DNA of 59,369 nucleotides, filler included, from Nemertoderma westbladi (taxonomy: Eukaryota > Animalia > Xenacoelomorpha), in assembly GCA_032718475.1 (NCBI GenBank). It is 3 parts of 3 records of this genome, joined end to end, with 100 filler letters (N's around TTAATTAATTAA, not from the genome) between each part and the next. Parts side by side here need not be neighbours in the genome. Positions count along the whole stretch, not along the records: positions 44,941 to 59,369 come from JAUCBJ010004856.1; 2 more parts are not named here. The stretch is one strand, 5' to 3'. The first letter of the stretch is position 1; every line of letters begins with the position of its first letter. Shown here in pieces: positions 47,570 to 59,369 of this stretch. The notes under the pieces were generated by a model, which was not told where the DNA came from, searched no databases, and saw only the letters and a program-made list of their open reading frames with translations. The position numbers and the translations under genes were made by a program.

Positions 47570-47666
47570 CATTATTACGTTTTAATAATAATATAGCCAT
47601 TATTACGTTTTAATAATAATATAGCCATTATTACGTTTTAATAATAACATAGCCATTATTACGTTT
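47570..47666. repeat. 28-bp tandem repeat, about 3.5 copies
   Basis: CATTATTACGTTTTAATAATAATATAGC. Confidence 0.85.
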
Positions 47667-48044
47667 TTTGCATATTGCAAAAATTAATAAAATGTCAATA
47701 ATTATATTATTTTTAATGTAACAATTTTTTCACGAGAATGTCATATTTTTTAAGCAACTAATTGACTGCAACCCCATATTAGATGATTTCACACCAAAAA
47801 AATTTTTTAGCACAAAATATATTTTTTTGTAGCACCATTTTACATCCCCCAATTTTGAATATCTCTCACCAAAAAGCATTTAATTATTTTGGTGTTGAGT
47901 AATTGTTTTTGGTATGACTTTAAATGGTAGCCTATTTTTTATATCTTACAAACGTGGTGTTCTTCAATGTATTATTGCTACTATCAATTAATTAAAAAGT
48001 ACAATAGTGTAAGTACTGTATGTAAATGATTAGTTAAGCACCAT

Positions 48045-49191
48045 TTAGCACCTATTAGTTAAGTCCAATTGCATCTTCCGGCTGAAGAATATTGGAATCG
48101 GGACGCCGGTGTAATACTCCAGTCGTTGGTCGCTTTTGGGGATACTCGCCGTGGCCGGTAGCCCGCGGAATGCTGGGCTTTGGCGTAGTATGTTCTCACT
48201 TCGATAACCTTCTTTATATTCTGCCGGTCGCATCCCGGGCGCCCGTTTCTGGCAGTGGATCCATTCGGTCTGTTTGGCGTACCATCGGGTAAGTCGCATA
48301 GGGTCTTGTGGAATGGAAGGGGCCATTGCCACAGCTGGTCGGCAAAGAGGTGCAGGGGCGTTCGCCGGAGGAATTCCGAGGAGATCTACGGGAGTCAGAG
48401 CAACGCTGCGACCCTTTGCAACCTGTATCGCTGAGCAGGTCCGTTGGGTGCTGGTACTCAGGATCTCCGAAGACCAGTCTTCTCCCCCCGCCCCGGGAAT
48501 GGATATGGAGACAACCTCTGACATATGTCGCCGAAGTCATTCAATGCGAAGGTAGTTACTAACTCCCTAGCGGGACTACTGGAGCCAAGTGGGGTGGATA
48601 CGCCTGCTTCCGTCGCAGGTTCGGCCGAGGCAACCCGTTTGGCGGCCGGTTCGTACGCGACTTCCGGATCGAGTTGTCGCTTTGGGGTGGACAGTAGAAC
48701 ACCTTCCTGTAGCCATATTTCCTCCCCATCCGAAGATATCAGTGGTTCCTCTGCACCGAGGAGATCAGCAATCGTAGGGATGTCGAACGGTCTATTCTCG
48801 TCTCAGGATGCGATGACATAGAGCGTTTTCATCTCTCCTGGTGGAATATTCTCTACCGCTTTTAACGCGTGGTCGATAACTTCGTTCCACTCATAGTCGA
48901 TAAAGGATCTAGGAACCGCGTTAATGAGATTATCGGGAGTCTTACAGATGAACTTGGCAACTGTGTATGATTCCATTACGACGTAGATATAGTTCCGTCG
49001 ATCTGGATTCTCCTTAATTCTCCGTTTAGCACCGCGAGGTAGCCAATACCGGATTTCATCCGTCTTACCTCTCGGAATCCACGCATGAATTCTGAATTCT
49101 TGAATTCACTATTATTTTTCAGGAGCCTACAAATCCTAGCAAAAAACGAGAGGATATTGGGGTAGAAATTGTCATCCCAAAAAATATACAA
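48045..49191 (-). pseudogene. CpG-rich cluster of unidentified, partly decayed ORFs
   Basis: The TAA of ORF 49191-48976 overlaps the ATG of MESYTVAKFICKTPD... That frame has a TGA after 57 codons, then stays open to 48458. ORF 48524-48045 follows. Confidence 0.4.
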
Positions 49192-49194
49192 AGT

Positions 49195-49352
49195 AAACCA
49201 AATGTGGTTGCCCTAGCTGCTCAACTAAAAATGACACCAACCCAGCAAGCTCAATTCACTCAGGCCATTGTCAAGGAATGTGGTGGTGATGTTAGCAAAA
49301 TATCTTCATCATATGCTGTAGCAGATCGAGCTAGGCGAAATGTTAATAGGAA
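49195..49352 (+). pseudogene. Possible hAT (hATm-like) transposase fragment
   Basis: LKMTPTQQAQFTQAIVKECGGDVSKISSSYAVADRARR resembles, from memory, the segment before the HWD motif of hATm-type transposases. Confidence 0.4.
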
Positions 49353-49734
49353 GATACTACTAAGACTTGAAGCTTCAATATTACTTCCAATCGATTCATC
49401 AGTCCCGATAACCTATAAAAATGGGTTGAAATGAAAACCTTGTGGTATACTCTGAATATCGTAATTTTGAAAATGGCTTTTTAGGGATGCGATTATATAT
49501 ATGACTTTTGAGTAGAATGAGACAATGTTTAATAAGTTTGATATTTTCGAATAGCACGATTTAAAATGTACAACGAATAAAGTTTTAATCGGCCATTAGG
49601 CCAGGGATTACACACAAAGTCTCCAGTTTCCAGTGAGGCCCCCCAGAAATATACTCCCCAGAGTGATTCGAATTCAATGCAACCACTACTTCAAGGTGGA
49701 CCTAACAATTAATATTTATTATATTTTTAATATA

Positions 49735-51216
49735 CAGTCGTGGCCAAAAGTCTTGCACCAAAGTAGATTTGTAATGGGTTTTAACTACGTGTATATGAAT
49801 ATATTGAATTTAATGCGTTTTATGTCATAACCAAATAAGATAGCAGGTCACAGGACATAATGGAATGTTTCTGACTCTATTTATTCCAAGTGTGACATGT
49901 GATAGGTGTCAGTACCCACATTGGTAGGCCTACAGCTACGCCATACCTACTGCAGTACTGGTAGGTTGTTTAGATTACTGTACTACTGTGATCTTGTTGC
50001 AAGTTACTGCAATTACTAGCTGCAATGGTTAAGAAAGCTTTAATCTCATTGGAGAAACGCAGGAAGGCAGTTGCGTTGAAGGAGGAGGGCTATACAGATC
50101 GAGAAGTTGGTAAGCGTTTGGGAATCAGTCACACATCAGTTTCACGACTAGTGAGGAAGGAATGTGTTCATGGAACATTGGCGGATCGACCCCGATCTGG
50201 AAGACCACGTGTTACTTCTAAGTATACCGATAATAGAATACGGCGAGCAGCAGTGAAATCTCCAACCATCACTTCTGCTGCCATCCAGGGATCATTAGGC
50301 CTCCCTTCAACTGATAATCAGCCAAGTGTCCGCACTATTCGAAGGCGGTTGGTGGAAGAGTTCGACCTCAGGTCACATAGGGCTGCAAAGAAACCCCTTC
50401 TAACGGCGAAGAATCGAAAGGACCGATTAGAATTTTGTGAAAAGTATAAAGACTGGGGAACAGAAGATTGGGACAAAGTAATGTTTTCGGATGAAAGTAA
50501 CTTCCTGCAGTTTGGGTGAGTGGCAAAGAACGTTAGACGCCCTGTAAACGAGCGTTATAATCCACATTATATTTCGCCAACTGTTAAGAATCCTCCACAC
50601 GTCATGGTCTGGGGCGCTTTCACCTCACAAGGACGGGGGCCACTATGGTTTCTGCCAAAAGGTACCACCATGAACTCGAAAGTGTACCTGAAGATGCTGC
50701 AGGAGAAGTTGGCCACCCACATGGAAATAACAGGTGCAACAACGTTCCAGCAGGATGGTGCTCCTTGCCATACTGCTGGGATCGTGAAGAAGTGGATTGG
50801 GGATCAAGGGATCGTGCCATTAATGTGGCCAGGAAATAGCCCTGACCTCAATCCTATTGAGAACCTTTGGGTCATAATGAAGGCTAAGGTAGCACAGAAG
50901 CGCCCTAGTAGTATGGCTGAACTAATTAATATAATAAAGCGGGTGTGGGTTCTGGAGATATCACAAGATTATTGTAGAAACTTAATTCACAGTATGCCGC
51001 GCCGTATAGAGTCAGTCATCATAAATAAAGGCCTACACACTAAATACTGATACCACAGTACCTGATAACTTGCAGACTAGTATAATTGTGTTATATCTAT
51101 AATTTGAACATATATACATATATAAATACAGTTATTTATATACAAAAAACATTATTTAACTTATACTATAAAACATACCAAATTTGCGTTTGGTGCAAGA
51201 CTTTTGGCCACGACTG
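49735..51216 (+). mobile_element. Tc1 transposon, full length
   Basis: TA|CAGTCGTGGCCAAAAGTCTTGCACCAAA...TTTGGTGCAAGACTTTTGGCCACGACTG|TA: perfect 28-bp TIRs with a TA duplication. Confidence 0.97.
50025..51050 (+). pseudogene. Tc1 DD34E transposase with a single in-frame TGA (50517-50519)
   Basis: HTH region, RSGRPR, FSDES, QQDGAPCH and SPDLNPIENLW; 34 residues between the second D and the E. Confidence 0.95.
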
Positions 51217-51859
51217 TAGGTCTGTCAAACATACTTTTTTATTTTACATGAATTTGCTCAAATTTATTTAAATTTAAATTAAATATTAATATAATTATTA
51301 TGCAGTACTTGCTTGGCTTCTGAGTTCTGAACAAATTTTTTGACGAAATATTATTTTGTTTCACTTATATTTATTTAGTTATATTATAGCAGATGCCCTT
51401 TCCAAATATATTTTTTATAGAATATTATTTAGGTTTACTATTATTAACTACTGAATATGGTTTTTGTTAATTTCATTAATATTAGCATATTTAACTAACT
51501 ACTAATTACTATATTTAGCTAGTATAAAAAAGTTTGTGTATTTTCAAAATGTTGGCTACGAGCTTCATAAGTACCGACAACCTCTAAGGTACGTACTGAA
51601 CCTATAAGGTACGTATGTACTGGAGACCAGAGACAAACTTAAGTTAGGTTATGAACACCTAAGACAAACTTAAATTAGTTAAATTAGGTACTGAACACCA
51701 GAGACAAACGTAAATTAGGTATTACAGGAAAAACAACTTTGTTCCATTCTTCGGTCCAACAACATTCTTTGATTATAATCAATTACTGACAAATAGTATT
51801 GCAATACTCTATTTACTATTTACTCTATTTCTATTTACAATACTCTATTTACTAAGTTC

Positions 51860-52976
51860 AGAATCTTTGAAAGTTTTCAGCTTGGCTGCTGGTGGCCTTT
51901 CTTCTGTGGCTTTCTTCCGAACAATATGTGCATGCTACTTAAGACTTTGCTTCTGTATTCGAAATATGCAGTGCATACATACGGTACGTGCAGACCTCGC
52001 AGCGACAAGCATTTATACGTATTTGGGTTTTTATAGATCACATCTGCGTTTTATCGCTCCTGGCTTACGAAGTCAGTTTGTCTTAGCACCTCCCCTTTGG
52101 GAGGCCATATTCCTTCAATAAGTGCTGTTGCTTACTACAACTTAGGTTTTACCCTTCCTGGGTAATGATGCCAGTCCCAGATTATGTGTTCAGTGGGTCT
52201 ATCTGGGGTCCGATTTCCCAGTTGTTTTGGTGGCCATTGTGATGCTGGGAGTAGAGGCGGTCGTAGCGGCAGGTGAGTCTTCGTATTTCACGCTTTATAA
52301 CCATTTACGACATGGAGTAGTCAAACTTCCATAAAATGATCTTCAACTCTACTCCTCGCCATCAAAACATCATCATCAACATTCAAATTTCTGGTTATCA
52401 TCAGCCAGGTAGGTGTACTGAGCTACCAGACCGGATGAATATTTCGCTATGGAGTGGGAGATCATATTTAGGCAAACTAATCACTCAAAGGAAAGTACAA
52501 CTTCGTTATTCCAGTGCTCTGCCAGAAATGGCAACCATGCCTCAAAGAATAACTATTATACAGTGTTGTAGAAACCACTATAGCACCGTATGCCTGGCCC
52601 AGGCTGTTAATTAATAATAATAAGTTAATTGTTGAGGGGTGTTATCATATTGTCTTATTTACATTGTATATTTAATACACCGCGTCACTCACCCCAACTG
52701 CGTGGCCTTGCAGACCCTCATTGCTGGGTTTATTCACCCCCGCTCCTCCCTGCACAACTGCATGGCCTCGCAGGCTCTCATTGTATGGATATATTATTTT
52801 AAATTATGATTATATAAAACTCAGAACAGATGCATTATATATTTTTCTATAAACCTGCGAAAATTTGGAAAGTTTTGATAAAATTATCATTACTTTTTAG
52901 TGTATAATAAACTGTTGGGCATATTATGCCCAACCCCAGGTGGAATCTCGGACAAAAGAGCCCAGGTGGAATAGGG
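51860..52976 (-). mobile_element. Possible piggyBac remnant
   Basis: Minus-strand TTAA|CCCTATT terminus at 52976. Degenerate HHYP...KRRC...CRCEVC resembles the piggyBac Cys-rich C-terminus. Confidence 0.35.
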
Positions 52977-53038
52977 TTAAAGAAGGATTATGTAGAACTT
53001 TTAACAAAACTAACATCTTTATAATTGTTCATATCAAA

Positions 53039-53495
53039 TCTCAATGTGAGGATTTTCCTGTTTGCCTGAAATTAATTGAAACAGTTTATCAATCAGTGGC
53101 TTATATTAAGTTTTATATAACTCTCAATGTGTATGATTTTCCTATTTGCCTGAAATTAATTTAAACAGTTTATCAATCAGTGGCTTATATTAAGTTTTAT
53201 ATAACTCTCAATGTGTAGGATTTTCCTGTTTGCCTGAAATTAATTTAAACAGTTTATCAATCAGTGGCTTATATTAAGTTTTATATAACTCTTAATGTGT
53301 AGGATTTTCCTGTTTGCCTGAAATTAATTTAAACAGTTTATCAATCAGTGGCTTATAATAAGTTTTATATAACTATCAATGTGTAGGATTTTCCTGTTTG
53401 CCTGAAATTAATTTAAACAGTTTATCAATCAGTGGCTTATATTAAGTTTTATATAACTCTCAATGTGTAGGATTTTCCTGTTTGCCTGAAATTAA
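53039..53495. repeat. 84-bp tandem repeat, about 5.4 copies
   Basis: CAATGTG-type unit starts at 53040, 53123, 53207, 53291, 53375 and 53459. Confidence 0.95.
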
Positions 53496-53617
53496 CTTTT
53501 TACCAATAACCCCATAACAAAACTTTTAGTTAGGTGGAATGCTGTTAGGTTTAGGTTATGGTTAGGTTTGTTTACGCGTCCCCGCCGTGTGTAAAAGAGT
53601 TATTATGGTTCTTCCGA

Positions 53618-54093
53618 TGTTATTGATATATATGTCAGTATGTATATGTTACATGAGATAACTGAGTTAGCACAATTGATGACTAAATAGGCCTAATTAT
53701 ACGGTAATATTGATGGATGATTGTGGCGGCGACGGTAACAAAAGTCACCGTTCTGCCCTAACTGTACTGAGATGACTGAGTGAATGAAATGACACAGCAA
53801 CTGGTAATATATTGCACTGGTTGGCCATATTACGTTACTCAGCGGATGCCTGCCCCCCATTGGCTAATAACTCACTTCTCGCCCTCCCATCTCTCTGGGA
53901 GTGTTTCTCCCCCGCTACTGTTATTCTCTCTCTGTTGGAGTCATAACCTCTGACCCCCATTGAGTGTGTTTCCTTGGGGTTTGTCGCCCCGCTTATTGGG
54001 GTGATACGAGGTTGATTGGCACTCAACCTCGTACTCCCAATATTGCTTAAATCTAACTTTGTGGGGTGATTGGCGGAATTGAATTCGCTAACA
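53618..54093 (-). mobile_element. Family-B-related LTR
   Basis: Minus strand TGTTAGCGAATTCAATTCC...ATAACA. Shares GGTCAGAGGT, CACTCCCAGAGAG and AGCCAAT blocks with 36656-37155. Confidence 0.72.
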
Positions 54094-55188
54094 AAAATTC
54101 ACCAGTTTTTAACCCTATTTTTGGCACTTTTTTTGAGACGTTTTTTGAAAATTACATTTCATTAAAGATGAATTGTAACATATCTATTTTTGATTTACAC
54201 CAGTTTTTTGGTGTTAGCAATTGGATGGAATTTATATAAAATGATTTAGAAATTTCAAACTTGTTTTTTTCGGCGGGTGCTAAATTTTGGTGCCAGCACG
54301 AAATTTTGAAATATGTCAATTTTGTAAATTGATTGTTTGAAACTTGTTTTTTATGCAATTTGGGTTTTTTGGGGTACTGGTTTCGATGAAGTATATACGA
54401 GTTGCACCAAGCGTATCAAACTTGTATTTTTCAGTGCTGTGTGCAAATTTTGGTGCTAGCACGAAATTTTGAACAAAAAAAATTAGAATAAAAAAATTAT
54501 ATGCTAAATTATTAAACTGAATATTTATTAATTTTTTATTACATTTATTAAGTATGTATGACTCATCATAACATATTAACGTTATTTTACATTAAAATAT
54601 AACCATATAATATAACCAACCAATTTTATAAATTTATTTTAATGTCGCGTATACTTCGCTAATGTTTATAATGTTTAACTTTAATGTTTTACTAATGTTT
54701 AATTATTTAAGGTTGCGGTTAATGGTTGCGAGGTCCCATATGCACTAATAATTCTTAATTAACCAGTAGATTTTTAAACTGATATATCTTGTAAGGCACC
54801 AATTGACATCAAACAGACAGACAACAGAGAACCAATTTCCCACAACAATATTCTCAGAATTAAAACTTTATCTACAAACAGACCGAGCCAGTGTGGACCG
54901 AACCGTATTTACAACATACATTTAGTAAAGCCCACAAAGGAACTGCGTGATTGACATGTCTTTTATGAGACACACGTAAGCCGGCCTGCCCAGCTTATGT
55001 ATTTCAACCCATTAACTCAAGAGCCCAAGCAACAGACAGAGGCCCATTCGCCATGTGGTGCCTCACTCAACCAGAGTCCCGTACAGGAAGAGTAATGCTG
55101 AGTATGGCACAGTTGAAAATCAACCTAACTCAAACCATGGCGCCAGACTCTATATATACATATAACATATACATACTGTAGTATTCTG

Positions 55189-55661
55189 TACTACTACTAC
55201 TAGGATCGGCATGCTGCATTGAAGCTGCATTTTTAAGAATGCTGTGCCGGCTTGTCAACAAAATTGCACCGCCACAACTCCCTATCACCCATGACATTTG
55301 CTAGATCATCCGCATCTTTAAGGCCAGTGTCCTTTAAGATGCGTCTCAAGAAAGTCATGGGCTGTCCAGCATGCTTATTCACTCCATGAGGCTGCCAAAG
55401 TACAAGATTATGCACTGGCTGGTCCTCACGGCGAAAGCAATGTCCTGCAAAGCGGAGGCGATTTTGTTCTAGTGTCAAGCTTGGGGGAACCAATGAGACA
55501 CCTCCAATGTTATATAGTGTCTGGTTGGAGATGTGTGCATTGTACTTGACACAATGAACCCGGCGTAGCATTCTTGTAAATATCCATCCAGAGATTTGGT
55601 GTCCTCAGCAGTTAGAGCCCAGCATGGACTCCCGTAGAGGAGTACTGGAACTACTGCTGCT
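55189..55661 (-). mobile_element. 5'-truncated second copy of the RTE LINE
   Basis: Near-identical to 25111-25581, including the (TAG)n tail. Confidence 0.93.
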
Positions 55662-56419
55662 ATTATTGCATTTAATTAATTTATAAATGTTAATGTGTTT
55701 AATCAATTTATCTACGTAATTATGATAATACTCAAAGAAAGGCCTACTCCATCGAAGAAAGATTTCCACACATGATAAACCACTAAATGTTTTTTGCCTT
55801 TGGCTCATACAAACTATGTCTATAAACTACAGTTCTTGACCGTAGACGAAGGCCCCACACACCCAGGTCGATGGTCCGAACAGGACAAAGATCCCAAAAA
55901 TAGACCAGGACGGCCAGTTTTGGAACTTCGCCCCTTTCGGACCTTGGACCCAATTTATTATATACTTTATGAATAGTTATTTATTTCCCTTATAGGTGGT
56001 ACAATTGTATATATTTTATTATGTTTCAGGGACAGCGTGCACTCGAATATCAGCAACCCGAACCTTCCTCCTTAACCTACAGTTTTGGCACAAAATTATT
56101 CAAACTAGCCGGACATGCAGACAAACATAGCTCTACCCCACATCTCAATCAAACAAGCACACGATTATTTGATTGGATGCATAAGAATTTGGATGAATAA
56201 GAATGCCATTCGCATTCCCTGATTGGTTAAGGGATCATGTTGCATACGAAGAGGGTATGACCTGCTGTCTTCATAAAGGTATTGAAAACGATCAACATCA
56301 CAGATTAAACATCACTTATGATTCCATAACACTCGCTGATACTATTCCATAGGAACAAACTTAAATTTGTGTTACAACATTATATTTCCAACACAACAGA
56401 ACCACTATAAATAAGAATC

Positions 56420-56600
56420 ATGCCACACTCACGAGAATGGAAGCGGGATTTGGGTTGTCATAATGTAGCGTGGGTAAATGCACAAAATATTAAGTGCACA
56501 GAGGAAGGGCTTGAAAACCAAAAAATATTATTTACTGGCGACTCACACACAAAAAGATTGCTACGGGAATTCATGGGGAATAACGATAACTTGTTCGTTT
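56420..56600 (+). pseudogene. Possible fragment of an SGNH/PC-esterase (NXPE-like) gene
   Basis: W....GC...KC..GLENQKILFTGDSH.KRL resembles the GDS block of PC-esterase/NXPE proteins. In-frame stop just upstream; no further exons recognised. Confidence 0.35.
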
Positions 56601-56924
56601 CGTTGATTATTATATTATATTAAAATATTGATTGCATATAATTATAAAAGTAACAAAATATATTTCAATGGCTAAGGGCCAACATTGTCAATAATCCTAA
56701 AACAGTAATACTACTATATGATATAACTCTGTAAATACCTATAAAATTGAGATGTGATTGTATGATAATATAATAATAGGCCTACAACAGTACCGGTACC
56801 AACATACGTAATGCAGTAACACATAGTGTACGGTAAATAAACTATATAAAGCACAACCTACATGTATGCAATATTGTATGACTCCCCCCCCCCCCCCTCC
56901 CCCCCGGCCCGCCCATGTTTATTT

Positions 56925-58550
56925 CTATATTTTTTTAATTTTGTTTAGGAATCCTCCGCCTTCAAGTACCGCTACGCTTAAATGGTCAACCTCTACTGAT
57001 AGCCTTTTATTGATTGCCCGTGGGCCTAGTGATTTAATGTATAAACTTTCCAAAATCAGCCTACCGTATAAGTCCGTGACCCTACCTATAACTGACGCCC
57101 GATCCCATGCTGGTATGTGTCCTGTTTCTATGTGGTGCGCTGACAGTTCAGAGGCTTTAGGCCTACGGTGCCGTATGTCACTCTCGTGCTGCTCGAGGCG
57201 GATGTCCAGACTGTACTTGGTCTGGCCAATGTATGTGTCTCCACAACAGCACGGTATCTGATATACGACATTTCTAGGGGGGCATCTGGGTTTATGTCCC
57301 CGTAGCAAGTAGGACCTAAGTTTCCTTCCTGTTACTGTATATGTCCCAATGTCGTATTTTGTACAAAGGCGTTCTAATGGTTCTGTCAACCCTTTAATGT
57401 ATGGTAGTCCTATATTTATGTCAGAGCGTGGTCGCTTGGTGGTTATCTCCTCCCTGGGTCTAGATTTATCAAATATTTTATTGACCTTACGTTGCGAATT
57501 ATAAATGATACGTGTGGGGTACCCATTGGATTTTAGAGTTTCTGCTAATTCCGATTGTGTGCGCCCCCTAGCTTCTAGGTTGGAACATAGTCTGTTAGTT
57601 CTATAAAATAATCCACTGCATACGCTGCTTTTTATCTTAGGGTGATGATTAGAATTAAAATTTAAATAACGGTTGGAATGTGTAGGTTTATGATACACTG
57701 TGGTAGATAATGCACCATTATTTAATGTCACTAAGGTATCCAAAAAAGGTAATTGCCCGTTATGATTTTGCTTATCGACAGTAAATTGAACATCACAATG
57801 GAGGCTATTGATATTAGATAGTAAGATATCTATTTGATTAATATTGACAATGCACCAAGTGTCGTCGACATACCTAAACCAAGTTTCAGGCAAAAAACCC
57901 AATGTGCGGGCTCTGTCTTCTAAGCTAAACATAAATAGACAACACAATATGGGGGAAATGGGGTTTCCCATCGGCAGCCCCTTGACTTGTTCATAAATGC
58001 AATCGCCGTAAGAAAAGGCACTCTGTTCTAGAACCATATGTAACAAAATACGAAAAGTATCTACTGAGATACCTGTACGTTCCGTAAAGTCGGAATCATT
58101 TAGTACAATATCTACTGCACATTTTTCGGCTTCCCCTTTGGGAATGTTACCGAACATATTGATAACATCGAATGAAACCTGTATTGTGTCATCTCCTGGA
58201 TTAATGGATTCTAATTTGTCTACAAAGTCAACCGAGTTCTTAATAAATGATTCACCATGACTAGCGTAAAATGCTAATATATTGGCAACATATCGTGCAG
58301 TCTCACCATTAGGGGCATTAACATATGAAACTATGTTTCGCAATGGGGTTCCCTCCTTGTGTACCTTTGGATTCCCATAGGTGTAAGGTAACGAGGAGTA
58401 GTGGGCGCCCAGTTGCGTACGTAATTTATGTTTAATGCTTCCTGAGTCAACTAACGATTTCAAAGTTGCATTAACACGTCTCTCGTATTTACCTACGGGG
58501 TTGCTAGGTAACTTACAAAATTGCGATTCGTCACCTAAAATATTTTCAGT
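56925..58550 (-). mobile_element. Penelope-like element (RT plus GIY-YIG endonuclease), 5'-truncated, open frame
   Basis: YGNPKVHK, VSFDVINMF, GLPMGNPISP, FRYVDD, LPFLD, KPTHSNRYL; GIY-YIG NVVYQIPC..YIGQT..RL..H, HH..TGH, LESLYI. Confidence 0.95.
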
Positions 58551-59369
58551 AACCGCTCCACGTTGGGTACTGGCACTCCAGCCAGAATAACCAAAAAGCG
58601 ATCCACTCTAAGAAGTACCAGTACTGGTAATCCTGTGACCAGTAGCGCAAGTGCAATATCACAAGTGCAATTATTCCCTAGAAGTTCACCCATAATACCT
58701 GTAGTTAAGATCCAGACACCTAAACGAAATAAACGTATACTGGTAGCCAATAAAGCTAAAGATAATGCAAATTGTCTGCAGCCTATACAAAAACGAGACC
58801 GTGGCTGGAAAATATTGACAGTGCCTGTAACAGAAGTAGGAAGTATAGAATCTTCAGCTAACGACCATTCTAATACAGCATCCACTCGACGTAAGAATGT
58901 TGGCCAGAAAGAAAAGCATCACCGTGGCCAATTGTCTTGGGATGATCTGAGTAAAAACCCCATTACATCAAGAGCACTATCGCAGTTCATTTCGAAATTT
59001 AAAGATAGTGAAAGAAAGCGAATCAGTCGTTTTGGTGCCTGAACTGGGAAGAAAGCAGGGGTTATTGCAATGTTCAATTTTTCGGGTAACATTGAAATCA
59101 TTAATAGTGGGAATAGTGGATTTGAGGAACTAATTGCAGCCATTCAGAAGCATGGTTAAGTGGGGTGAATTTTGTGAAAATGAGTTAGTAAACACAGCGT
59201 CGGAAGTGCCAGGACCATCTAAAGTGCATAAAACAGTCGCCACTGAAACAATTTTATCCCCTGCTATAACAAAGGCAAAGGCAAGGAAAGGCAAAATCAG
59301 AAGCCTCACCTCTGCAAATCGTTGTATGGTGTGCAAGCGGTACTACCAGTCACCAGAGGATAAAAGGTT
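58551..59369 (+). pseudogene. Unidentified decayed ORF ending in a CxxC start (RCMVCKRYY)
   Basis: ORF 58563-59042 continues in coding-like sequence with stops to the window end. Confidence 0.35.

Noticed and set aside
50516-50521. GTGAGT splice donor overlapping the Tc1 stop codon
   Set aside because: The transposase has normal length and continuous motifs without an intron, so a point nonsense change is simpler.
1-59369. Uni-strand piRNA cluster
   Set aside because: Element orientations are mixed. A dual-strand cluster cannot be judged without small-RNA data.

Overview
AT-rich eukaryotic (probably invertebrate animal) DNA that is almost entirely nested transposon debris, with two 100-bp scaffold gaps. 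It holds a non-autonomous Helitron carrying a 146-bp satellite (111-3118); several internally deleted BEL/Pao LTR retrotransposons from two LTR families (A: about 1.2-kb LTR, 1264-aa Gag; B: about 0.5-kb LTR, extra Cys/His ORF before the 3' LTR); RTE-clade, CR1/L2-type, CRE-like and Penelope retroelements; a near-intact Tc1 (DD34E); a TA-flanked foldback transposon; a tRNA-derived SINE; MITEs and several tandem arrays. The standout is an intact, intronless ORF at 45903-46994 (-) that aligns by eye to barrier-to-autointegration factor (BAF). Its helix-hairpin-helix motif is amplified 13 times as a 54-bp in-frame repeat, it has Glu at the position of human BAF Gly25, and it ends in a Cys-rich tail. 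It is flanked by CCAAT/CCAAT/TATA-like and AATAAA signals. All family assignments come from manual motif recognition; no database searches were run.
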